The notes under the pieces: model-generated
The model's input: the letters and a program-made list of their open reading frames with translations, nothing else
Database searches by the model: none
What the model was told of the DNA's origin: nothing
DNA from: a bacterium
Lineage (GTDB): Bacteria > Hinthialibacterota > Hinthialibacteria > Hinthialibacterales > Hinthialibacteraceae
Length of the DNA stretch: 64,000 bases
Assembly (NCBI GenBank): GCA_963662285.2
Contig: CAXXMV010000006.1
Span: forward strand, 1,696,001 to 1,760,000
Direction: 5' to 3'
In this document: one piece after another, positions 10,814-20,265 of the stretch
How positions within the stretch are numbered: position 1 is the stretch's first letter
Layout: each line of letters begins with the position of its first letter
Translations under genes and position numbers: made by a program

Positions 10814-10928
10814 GAGGAATGATATCAAATAGGAGTGGATGTATTGGGCAATACCTTAAAGAACGAATAACTTTATTGTATAAAAAGTATGTTTGACGTT
10901 AGAATCAAGAACATAATTATCTATGGTT

Positions 10929-11014
10929 TAGAGCGATTTTCAATATTACTTGCGTTAATGTGGTATTATATATTCAATGCATACAATACGCATACAGTTT
11001 TGTTAACCGATATA
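10929..11014 (+). mobile_element. MITE-like element, family B copy 1 (internally deleted)
   Basis: Begins TAGAGCGATTTTCAATATTACTTGCGTTAATG and ends CAATACGCATACAGTTTTGTTAACCGATATA; both ends match 33716-33828. Confidence 0.7.
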
Positions 11015-11044
11015 ACCATGAATCCGCATTGGAGAGATTGGGAT

Positions 11045-11596
11045 ATGAAAAAGGCTGGTTTTACGCTTATCGAATTATTGATAGTAGTGGCCATAATCGG
11101 TATTTTGGCGGCTATCGCCGTCCCCAACTTCTTAAATGCGCAAATTCGCGCCAAGATTGCCGCGACTCAGTCAGACTTAAAGATGCTGGTCGACGCCATG
11201 CTGAATTATCACCTGGATAATAATTCATATCATGCGCACCGCGATACCAGTAATCAACAGTTTCCCCTCACCACTCCCATTGCGTATCTCAATTCGTTTT
11301 TGCCTGACCGATTCCAGGCGCTGTATGATATGGAAACCCGAACTGGATTCGAAAATACCCAGACGTTTTATCATTGGATTCCCAACAATACTCATCAGGA
11401 CTTATGGGGACAACCCTGGCGCAGGTGGGATAAAACCTTGGATAACGCCCACAAAAATCATGCCGGGCTGGTTGATGGATGGGGGCCTGCCGGAATACGC
11501 GGCGGTCCAATATACCAACCAAGTAATGGTTTAATAAGTCAGGGAGGCTTCTTTAAGCTGGTGCCAAAAGGTTCAAAAATACATTTGTATAATTAG
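11045..11596 (+). CDS. Prepilin-type GspG-like pseudopilin, paralogue 2
   Basis: MKKAG|FTLIELLIVVAIIGILAAIAVPNFLNAQIRAK; LTTPIAY; YQPSNGLISQG. The start at 11045 is preferred to the ORF-track start at 10889, whose extension runs through the MITE. Confidence 0.92.
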   Translation: MKKAGFTLIELLIVVAIIGILAAIAVPNFLNAQIRAKIAATQSDLKMLVDAMLNYHLDNNSYHAHRDTSNQQFPLTTPIAYLNSFLPDRFQALYDMETRTGFENTQTFYHWIPNNTHQDLWGQPWRRWDKTLDNAHKNHAGLVDGWGPAGIRGGPIYQPSNGLISQGGFFKLVPKGSKIHLYN

Positions 11597-11623
11597 AATG
11601 GTTTACGTAATAGCGTTCATAAA

Positions 11624-11667
11624 CACGTAGAGACAAAGCCGGAAAAGATTGGCTTTGTCTCTACGTG
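11624..11667. repeat. GTAG-type REP-like hairpin between convergent genes
   Basis: CACGTAGAGACAAAGCC-loop-GGCTTTGTCTCTACGTG, a perfect 17-bp stem. Confidence 0.65.
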
Positions 11668-11713
11668 ATAATCAATCAACCTATTTTTGAGAATAGTTTT
11701 AATTGAGATATAT

Positions 11714-14700
11714 TTACTGTTTATCTCTAGGCGGGATGCTTTTGTGATCCCACATATATGGTGAATCCTGAAATGCTTCGAGGGTGATATCGTCAATCAC
11801 CAGCGTTGCGCCGTCTTCGATTACTCCTGGAAAAGCGCCTTCGGTGTTTTCATTTTGTATAACTATGTAGGGATCAACCAGTCCGGTTTTGGTGAAAAGT
11901 CCTGTGGCGGTCACTTCATGCCAAACAGGTTTTTCAGGCAAGCGGTCGTTAGAGATAAAGGTAACCGATTCCTGATAGCCATTGGAGATTCCCAGAGCGA
12001 AGAATCCCAGACCTTTTTTCAAAACCTGGACATAAGCGCGCGCTGAGATTAATCGCGGGTATAAAGTATCATCGATATAGTTTGGTCCAACCTTCAATTG
12101 AATGGCGGAGACTGGATCAACTAAACCTAGTCGAAGCGATCTCTTTTGACCACCAGGGAAGTTGGAATGATCAGGTCCGGGATAGACGCCGCTGTCAGTT
12201 AAGCCATAGGATGCATTTTGATCGATGGTGAATTTTAATCCATAACCATCAAGGTTATCTTCAAACGATCCACTGAAATCTACCGGCAGTTTGGTTGCGC
12301 CCAGAGCGACATCAATATCCCGTTCAGCTGGAAAGATTCGAAGATTGTCGACATATATTTCTGCATGACCGGAGGTTTGTCCACCATGCACCTGAATCAG
12401 AGCCTGAGTTTTAGGCCCGATTACATTATAGGTGGTGCAAAGGAACTGGTATTCGCCTCCTCCGATAATTTCTCCGCCCCGTACGTTGGTATATGAAAGA
12501 TTGGAACTGTCCTCCGCCAAAGCAAGGGTTATAGTGGGCATATCATCTTTGTCGCCGGAGACTTTTTCTACGGCAAACCATACAGAAATTCTTGATGGTC
12601 CGGGCGGCAATTCAATATTCTGGCTCAGTAGAGATACAGTCTCACCGGGATCAACCGTAAAAACTGCTCCCCAACCATCAGTAATGAATGTGGTCGGTTC
12701 AGGGGGAATAGGTCCCAGGAAGACCTCGCCGTCATTATCGGTGTGCTTTTTTATGATCCATGTGGTTTCATCAAATGAATTTGCAGAGAAATTAAAATCC
12801 TTTTCAGCGATGCCATTTTCAGGAAGGATGACCGAAGAGGTACGCAGGATGGCGCCATCCCAATCATCTGGATTGCTTTGGCGTTCTCCAAAAATTGATA
12901 TAGTAATCGGTTGAGTAATCATACCCCCGGGAAATTCCGGGATGAGAAAGACGCCGCCATGCGCCACATGGGCGGCTTTTAATCCTTCATTATGGGTAAA
13001 CGTAGTTTCGAAGGGTACATCCGCCACATTAGCGTTGGGGGGATCGAGATAATTCTTGAGCAATGAATAACGGGAGACATAAGCGAAATCAGCTAATAGA
13101 GGGGCGTCTTCCAGAATAAAATCGTTGATTCTGAATGAAGAAACCTTTATGCGGATATCTTCGGATACGCTGAATACGCCATCCGATGCAAAGACGGTAT
13201 AAGTGGTTTCTATTGGGCGTCCGAATGCTTCAAGGGATATTTCATTTTCAGGATTTCGATCTATTTTCGGTCCGTTCTGTTCAGCGGTGGCGCTCCATAT
13301 TATTTCAGAAATTGGCGTATCGCGATCTGAAATAAAGTCATCCAGGTCATAAACTCTTTTAACTTCTTCATTTACCAGGATGCGAATATCAGGCAGGTCT
13401 TCAAGTTTTGGCGCACTGAATACAACAACATAAAGAGGAAGAGAATTAGAAAAGCCAGCGCCTTTTGTATCGATTAATCTGGCTGTAACAGTGTTGCGGC
13501 CTAATTCAAACAGGTTTGTGATTTCCTCGGCTGGTTTTTGAACTGTTGTTTCAGCGAATGATATAGTTGCGCTGGTAACATTGCCGCTTGACCCTTCAAC
13601 AGAGATTACAATGGTATCACGGGTTAATATCTGACCCTTTCCATCGGTGCTGGAAGATAATAGAACTTTTAATTTACCCGAACTTGGTTCGTATGGGATA
13701 TCTATCTGGGTGCTTCCAGTGTAAAACAGGAAATTGGGTGATGGAGAGAATCCGCTAGGGATTCCCGGCGCCAACTGTCCATGCGGCAAAGGAGTTGGCG
13801 TCGCAGTTGCAGTGGCCGTTGGTACGGGAGTCCGGGTTGGAGTAGGCGTACGCGAAAGAGGCGTACGGGTCGGCGTACGGGTTGGATCCAAGGTAGGCGT
13901 TGGAGATGGAGTAAAAGTAGGCGTCGGGGTGGGAGTGGCCGGAACGTTGTGTTCGGGAATTACCACCTGCCGGATTTTGTGATTTAAAGAATCTGCGAAA
14001 TAAAGATTGCCTTCTAAATTGATATCCAAACCTATGGGGAAGTTCAAGTAAGCATTTTCAGCGGCGCCGCTATCTCCTTCGAAACCGGTATTGCCTGAAC
14101 CGGCGACGATCTCAACAGTTGAATCAAAAAGATTCATTCTTCGAATTCGTTGGTCGTCACTGGTGAAATAAAGAAAAAGGTCTTCGAATACAGCAATTCC
14201 TCGTGGTCCGGCAAATTGAGGATTAACGCTGGAATCATACAGAGTGGTGATGATACCGTCTTTAATGCGCCGGATGCGGTTGCCAAACCGTTCCGCAATA
14301 TAGATTTCGCCGATAGGCCCTACGGCAACGTCAACCGGACTGTATAATTCCGCCTGAGTGGCAAGACCATTGTCGCCTCTACTGCCCTGGATGCCAGTAC
14401 CAGCAATAGTTACAACAATGTTATCAGTTCGGACTTTATGAATTTTGTTATTTAAGGTGTCGCATATTAATAAGCCATCGTCTTTGTCGATGGCAATGCC
14501 GCCCAGAGTGCTGAATTTCGCTTGACGCGCATCAACATTGTTGCCTACATCGCCTTTAATAGAACCGGCGAATAGTTCTATCTCACCCAATGGAGTGATC
14601 TTACGAATTTGATGAAGCGTGGCTATAAAGGTATTGCCATAATCATCAACCGCTAAACTGATCGGGGAAGCGATGGCTGCATCAATTGCATCACCAGTGT

Positions 14701-15064
14701 TGCCTGTTGCAGCGTTAATGCCATTTCCCGCATAAGTTCTAATCGTATTGTCTTTGGGATCAAACCTTCGTATGCGGTGGTTTCCTGAATCAGTTATTAA
14801 CAACGTTCCATCAATATAAAACGCTGCATCCTGGGGAATATCCAGTTTAGCGTCTATGGCCGGACCATCGTCACCGCTAAAGCCCTGGAAGCCTGTGCCG
14901 GCGATACTGCCTATAGTGGCGCCTGACAATGCAGAGGGAGAGTTTCCCTGTATATTTGGGCCAAGGTATATGATTCCATCTTTGCCAAGAGCGTCTATAG
15001 CAGTAAAGGAACACAAGGCTATTGCGGTGAGGAGAACTGATTGTAAATACTTATTTAGTTTCAT
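11714..15064 (-). CDS. Large secreted protein: NHL-repeat beta-propeller, Pro/Thr linker, Ig-like region and shared C-terminal tandem module
   Basis: Signal peptide; repeated IAGTG..GFSGDDGPA..A.L..P..VAV..G.LYIAD..N.RIR; long TPTPT linker; C-terminal ~340 aa homologous to the C-terminus of 40184-43534. Confidence 0.88.
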   Translation of the reverse strand: MKLNKYLQSVLLTAIALCSFTAIDALGKDGIIYLGPNIQGNSPSALSGATIGSIAGTGFQGFSGDDGPAIDAKLDIPQDAAFYIDGTLLITDSGNHRIRRFDPKDNTIRTYAGNGINAATGNTGDAIDAAIASPISLAVDDYGNTFIATLHQIRKITPLGEIELFAGSIKGDVGNNVDARQAKFSTLGGIAIDKDDGLLICDTLNNKIHKVRTDNIVVTIAGTGIQGSRGDNGLATQAELYSPVDVAVGPIGEIYIAERFGNRIRRIKDGIITTLYDSSVNPQFAGPRGIAVFEDLFLYFTSDDQRIRRMNLFDSTVEIVAGSGNTGFEGDSGAAENAYLNFPIGLDINLEGNLYFADSLNHKIRQVVIPEHNVPATPTPTPTFTPSPTPTLDPTRTPTRTPLSRTPTPTRTPVPTATATATPTPLPHGQLAPGIPSGFSPSPNFLFYTGSTQIDIPYEPSSGKLKVLLSSSTDGKGQILTRDTIVISVEGSSGNVTSATISFAETTVQKPAEEITNLFELGRNTVTARLIDTKGAGFSNSLPLYVVVFSAPKLEDLPDIRILVNEEVKRVYDLDDFISDRDTPISEIIWSATAEQNGPKIDRNPENEISLEAFGRPIETTYTVFASDGVFSVSEDIRIKVSSFRINDFILEDAPLLADFAYVSRYSLLKNYLDPPNANVADVPFETTFTHNEGLKAAHVAHGGVFLIPEFPGGMITQPITISIFGERQSNPDDWDGAILRTSSVILPENGIAEKDFNFSANSFDETTWIIKKHTDNDGEVFLGPIPPEPTTFITDGWGAVFTVDPGETVSLLSQNIELPPGPSRISVWFAVEKVSGDKDDMPTITLALAEDSSNLSYTNVRGGEIIGGGEYQFLCTTYNVIGPKTQALIQVHGGQTSGHAEIYVDNLRIFPAERDIDVALGATKLPVDFSGSFEDNLDGYGLKFTIDQNASYGLTDSGVYPGPDHSNFPGGQKRSLRLGLVDPVSAIQLKVGPNYIDDTLYPRLISARAYVQVLKKGLGFFALGISNGYQESVTFISNDRLPEKPVWHEVTATGLFTKTGLVDPYIVIQNENTEGAFPGVIEDGATLVIDDITLEAFQDSPYMWDHKSIPPRDKQ

Positions 15065-15256
15065 GATGACGCACCACTACCATATTAAGGTTCGATAAGA
15101 CTTGTATTCGACGGTTAAAATCATACAAGAATTACACATAGTATAATATTATAACCCGTTTTTATTGTTAGATAAACAGAAAAAAATATATATACAACAT
15201 GCTTTAGGTCGCCGCTGTAATATCATTATAAGATTACGCAAGGATTATGCCTTTAT

Positions 15257-15284
15257 AAAAAGCCCCATTTATATGGGGCTTTTT
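15257..15284. terminator. Terminator hairpin (A/T-flanked)
   Basis: AAAAAGCCCCAT-TTAT-ATGGGGCTTTTT downstream of the 15422 gene. Confidence 0.75.
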
Positions 15285-15421
15285 GATGTTTTACATATTC
15301 ATTATAAAGATACTTAGGACTATTGGTTTAATTATCGACTTGAACCTCTATTCCCTTAACATAAGAGGGCAAATGTTTTCTGATCGGCAATATATGATAG
15401 AACATATTTAGGAAAACCGCT

Positions 15422-16300
15422 CTAGTTTTCTTCTACTGTAGCTGTTGCTTCTACAGGAATTTTTGAAATTTCAACATCCGGAAGTTTCCTATCCGGATTA
15501 TGGGATAATTCTTTGATGACGTCATCCAACTGAAGAGCTAAGAAATCGATAGTGCCAACCTCTTCATTAATGGTGAAAAGTTCGATGGTTTTTTCTATTA
15601 TGGTTACATTTTCCGTTTTATATGCAACGTCATGAATCATATCCAATAGGTTGTGTTGGTTAATATCATTACCTCGGACATGTCTGCGACCAATGTTCAT
15701 TTCAATTTGTTTGGTGCGCTGGCGTCCTTTGTCGAAATTATCCAGGTATTGTTTCCAGATATCTGCGCCAATGCTGAATCCATTTTCTTCAGCTTTGGCC
15801 AGGGTTCCCAGGTAGATATAGGTAAGCCATTGATATTCACTGGGGGACATATTATTTTCTCTCAATGTCTGTATATGACCCTGACCTATTTCAGCGGCTA
15901 AATGAGTCGCTAAGGTAATGATTTCTTTGATCTTTTTGGCGCCATGTATTTTGGACATAATGCCGGGTTGTTCCATTTGATTGCCAATTTCATCACCTTT
16001 ATCACCTAATTTTTTAATACTCTCACTAGCAAAACCAGCAGTTTGTTCACGGATGGTCAAGTAGGTTTTTACCCGTTCTTCACTGAGAAGGTCATCCTGC
16101 GGTTGCGCAAAAGGGAACTCAGCTTCGAGATCGTTGTATCCAGTCGCGACCTGTTTATATGTTTCACCGAGTTCCTTGCCGAATTGATAGCCTTGGTAGC
16201 CAAGAAAACCAACGCCGCCGACCAGCAGCATAATCAATAGAAGAATAAAACCGCCGCATCCCAGGCATCCATATAAAGCAATTTTTTTTCCCTTAGGCAT
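15422..16300 (-). CDS. Hypothetical membrane-anchored protein (N-terminal GC-rich TM)
   Basis: MPKGKKIALYGCLGCGGFILLLIMLLVGG followed by a helical soluble domain; RBS GAGGG before ATG 16300. Confidence 0.75.
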   Translation of the reverse strand: MPKGKKIALYGCLGCGGFILLLIMLLVGGVGFLGYQGYQFGKELGETYKQVATGYNDLEAEFPFAQPQDDLLSEERVKTYLTIREQTAGFASESIKKLGDKGDEIGNQMEQPGIMSKIHGAKKIKEIITLATHLAAEIGQGHIQTLRENNMSPSEYQWLTYIYLGTLAKAEENGFSIGADIWKQYLDNFDKGRQRTKQIEMNIGRRHVRGNDINQHNLLDMIHDVAYKTENVTIIEKTIELFTINEEVGTIDFLALQLDDVIKELSHNPDRKLPDVEISKIPVEATATVEEN

Positions 16301-16359
16301 AGTACCCTCTTTGGAGATTAGAATATAAGTTAAAACAAATTTCTTGCATTTTACCACAT

Positions 16360-16448
16360 TAGAGCGATTGTCAAAATTTTTTTTGTTTATTATCACGTTT
16401 GATCTTCGACGAATCGCCAATCCGAACATGATTATAACAACTACTCTA
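16360..16448. repeat. Short element with TAGAGCG-type imperfect terminal inverted repeats (related to family B)
   Basis: TAGAGCGATTGTCAAAAT...ATTATAACAACTACTCTA; the interior is unrelated to family B. Confidence 0.4.
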
Positions 16449-16504
16449 AGACGCTTAAAGTGAATTGCTTTATTCAAATTAAATAATACCGGACAAAAAA
16501 AAAC

Positions 16505-16530
16505 AAGGCATGCGATTTATTGCATGCCTT
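16505..16530 (-). terminator. Terminator after purA
   Basis: AAGGCATGC-loop-GCATGCCTT preceded by an A run (U tract on the minus strand). Confidence 0.7.
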
Positions 16531-16557
16531 ATTTAACTTATTGTAAATCAATAATTA

Positions 16558-17877
<1,320 letters not shown>

Positions 17878-18018
17878 TTAAAAATTAACTCGAATAAATT
17901 CCTTACGCACAAAACAGTTAATCTTACTATATAACCTGGCATATCTCAATGACCAGAGACCATGTTTATAATAGTGGATAGTGGGATGGAATGTTATTCA
18001 CTTAAGTTGTTTTAACAT

Positions 18019-18543
18019 CCCCCTCACCCTGGCCATCTCCCGCCGAGCTACTCTCCGTACAAATTGTTGTGAAATTGAAGCAGTGGCAATACACCTACCT
18101 CTGATAAACTGAAAAAACACTCTATCAATAACCAGAGAGTATAAAAAAGGGGAGCATCGGCTTCTAGCCGGTACGCCAATCCCGTCGGTTCTCTTCACAC
18201 AAAAAAGGATACTATTCCACGATTTCAACCAATCCCTTCCTAACCGGTTTGCTTCTATTGATGAATAATTTTAATGCTATGAAGTATTGTTGTGATCGAA
18301 TGATATCCAAGGTTTGGAATTTCCAATAGCGTAGGAGGATGTGCACGTGATCCGGCATCACAACACAAATCGGTTATTCATTTTTCATCCCCCCTATCTC
18401 CATGGAAATGATTATGCGTAATGGTGCTCATTCTATTCTATTTGACACACCGGCTAGAAGCCGATGCTCCCCATTCTATGATGTTCCCCGTTTCATTCTC
18501 CTCTTTTGATTTGTGTACGGAGAGTAGCCCGGAGGGAGAGGGA
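18019..18543. mobile_element. Nested composite repeat element with three layers of inverted repeats
   Basis: Outer: split CCCTCACCC..TCTCCC / GGGAGAGGG element. Middle: IR GCTACTCTCCGTAC (18047-18060 vs 18515-18528). Inner: REP pair GGGGAGCATCGGCTTCTAGCCGGT (18149-18179 vs 18442-18472). Confidence 0.8.
18180..18441 (-). pseudogene. Decayed REP-associated tyrosine transposase (RAYT / IS200-like Y1 HUH) fragment
   Basis: Minus strand 18370-18323 reads ICVVMPDHVHILLRYW (HUH motif). After frameshifts it reads SITTILHSIK and then YSSIEANRL. No intact ORF. Confidence 0.75.
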
Positions 18544-18578
18544 ACTCTGTTATGCAAAATTATGAGTTGGTCAGAATA

Positions 18579-20090
18579 CTATCGCCGTATAGCTGGTTTA
18601 ATAGTCCAACCTTGCAATTTCGCCAATTCCATCAACCTTGGCGCATGAAATCCTTCAGGATGGATCGGCCAGCTCCCCCAAAGTTCCGGTGAGTCATCGG
18701 CGACATAATTCAACGCGCTAAAAGCCGGATTCTGAAGATCAATGGTTTGAATAGCGCCGGGGTTCTTTAATTCACTTACAAGCCCTTTAGCAATTGTAGC
18801 CGCGAAATTTTCCGGATGCCAAGGTTTACCGGCGACCCAGACTGTGGCGGGCATTTGATGAGTTTCATCCATTATTTGAAGAGCATCTTTCGCGGCGCTG
18901 ATTAGCGCCGACCATCTGACTGAATGTTCACTGGCGTGTTGCTGCGCCATGTTGGCCGGACCGTATACAAATTTAACCTTTATGTTTTCAGGATATTGGC
19001 CTGAATCATCTGATTTGGCGAGAACTGAGGTTAGTGCATATAAGCCTTCACCAGCTGAAGCCATTCTACTCTTATCAAGCGGGATATAGTTAATGTCCTT
19101 GCTTAACTGAGCCGCGATTTTCATCAAATCATTTTTATCTAAATCCCGTGTATATAGCTTATCTGTATAAAGCGCGGGAATTTCTCTGGCGGTTACTAAC
19201 TGCACCGCTGAATGTTTGACAACATAATCCAGGTACTGTTCAAAAATATCAAAAGCCTGTTCACATTCTTCCTGGGATTTCATCGGCGTCAGTTTCCAGT
19301 CTTTCCTAAGTGGATTGGCGCCTTTTGCGAAATTAACTCCATCCCAGAATTCTTCATGGATAAGTTCACAAGGATGATAATAAATACTGATAATCCCTCC
19401 ACCCTCTTGAATTAGTCGTTGGTGGACTTTATCGAATTGGGCGCAGGTTTTCTTCAGAGATTCCTCATTCCACTCATTATTTCTAACTATTGCATCTCCC
19501 AGTTCGAGAACATTAAGCAATCCGCCATACCAGAAGGGACGGTTATCAAGATTTACTTGATTGGTTGCATCCAGGTAAAGGGGAACGCCCCATTCGCGCA
19601 ACGCAGCATAACTCTGAGGAGTCCATGAATTGCCGGGCTGTCCATAACATGACGGATTTACGCCAAACACTTCCTTGAGCCATTGCAGACCAACGCCTTC
19701 GCGTCTTTTAAATTCACTGACGCCATCGTGCCAACTCAAATCACGTGAGTATTCTGCAGGAGTTGGATGAATGCTGTGGTAGGTAGAATGGTAGGATATG
19801 TCATGTTTCGATAATGCAAGGATGACATCATCTCTTCCGCGTTCCTCTAGAGTTCGCGCTTTCTCGCCCACGATTTTGAAAGTAGCCTGAACCCCGCGTT
19901 CGGCAAACATATTTGCGATTCGCATTACAGCGTCGTCTGTTTCGGGTAGAATATAATCTTCAGTATCAAACCAGAACGTAACATAGATAACGGTATCAGC
20001 TTTTGTCCGGGTTTTGGCATGGATATCTTGCACGCCGAATCCTATTATCGCAATTATTCCAATAATGAGTTGAATATTTTTACGTATCAT
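18579..20090 (-). CDS. Secreted polysaccharide deacetylase-like (NodB-type barrel) protein
   Basis: Signal peptide; TFWFDTEDY, GVQATFKIVGEKA, HDISYHSTYHSIHP, SIYYHPCE. Confidence 0.8.
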   Translation of the reverse strand: MIRKNIQLIIGIIAIIGFGVQDIHAKTRTKADTVIYVTFWFDTEDYILPETDDAVMRIANMFAERGVQATFKIVGEKARTLEERGRDDVILALSKHDISYHSTYHSIHPTPAEYSRDLSWHDGVSEFKRREGVGLQWLKEVFGVNPSCYGQPGNSWTPQSYAALREWGVPLYLDATNQVNLDNRPFWYGGLLNVLELGDAIVRNNEWNEESLKKTCAQFDKVHQRLIQEGGGIISIYYHPCELIHEEFWDGVNFAKGANPLRKDWKLTPMKSQEECEQAFDIFEQYLDYVVKHSAVQLVTAREIPALYTDKLYTRDLDKNDLMKIAAQLSKDINYIPLDKSRMASAGEGLYALTSVLAKSDDSGQYPENIKVKFVYGPANMAQQHASEHSVRWSALISAAKDALQIMDETHQMPATVWVAGKPWHPENFAATIAKGLVSELKNPGAIQTIDLQNPAFSALNYVADDSPELWGSWPIHPEGFHAPRLMELAKLQGWTIKPAIRR

Positions 20091-20265
20091 TTTTTTATTT
20101 CCTTTTTTGAAAAAGCCTTCTTCTAATATTCGGTATATATCATTGTTATCACTCAGAGTACAAGCTCAGTCATTGAATGTTAGCATATTTCATGAATTTA
20201 TGTTAAGTACTATGGTTTTTCAATCAAATTAACTTATATTTGTAACCAGGGATGAGGGATCGATT

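Noticed and set aside
10889-11044. N-terminal extensions in the ORF track (10889, 16477, 9651, 48764, 36838)
   Set aside because: Downstream starts have RBSs and proper signal peptides; two of the extensions run through MITE-like elements.
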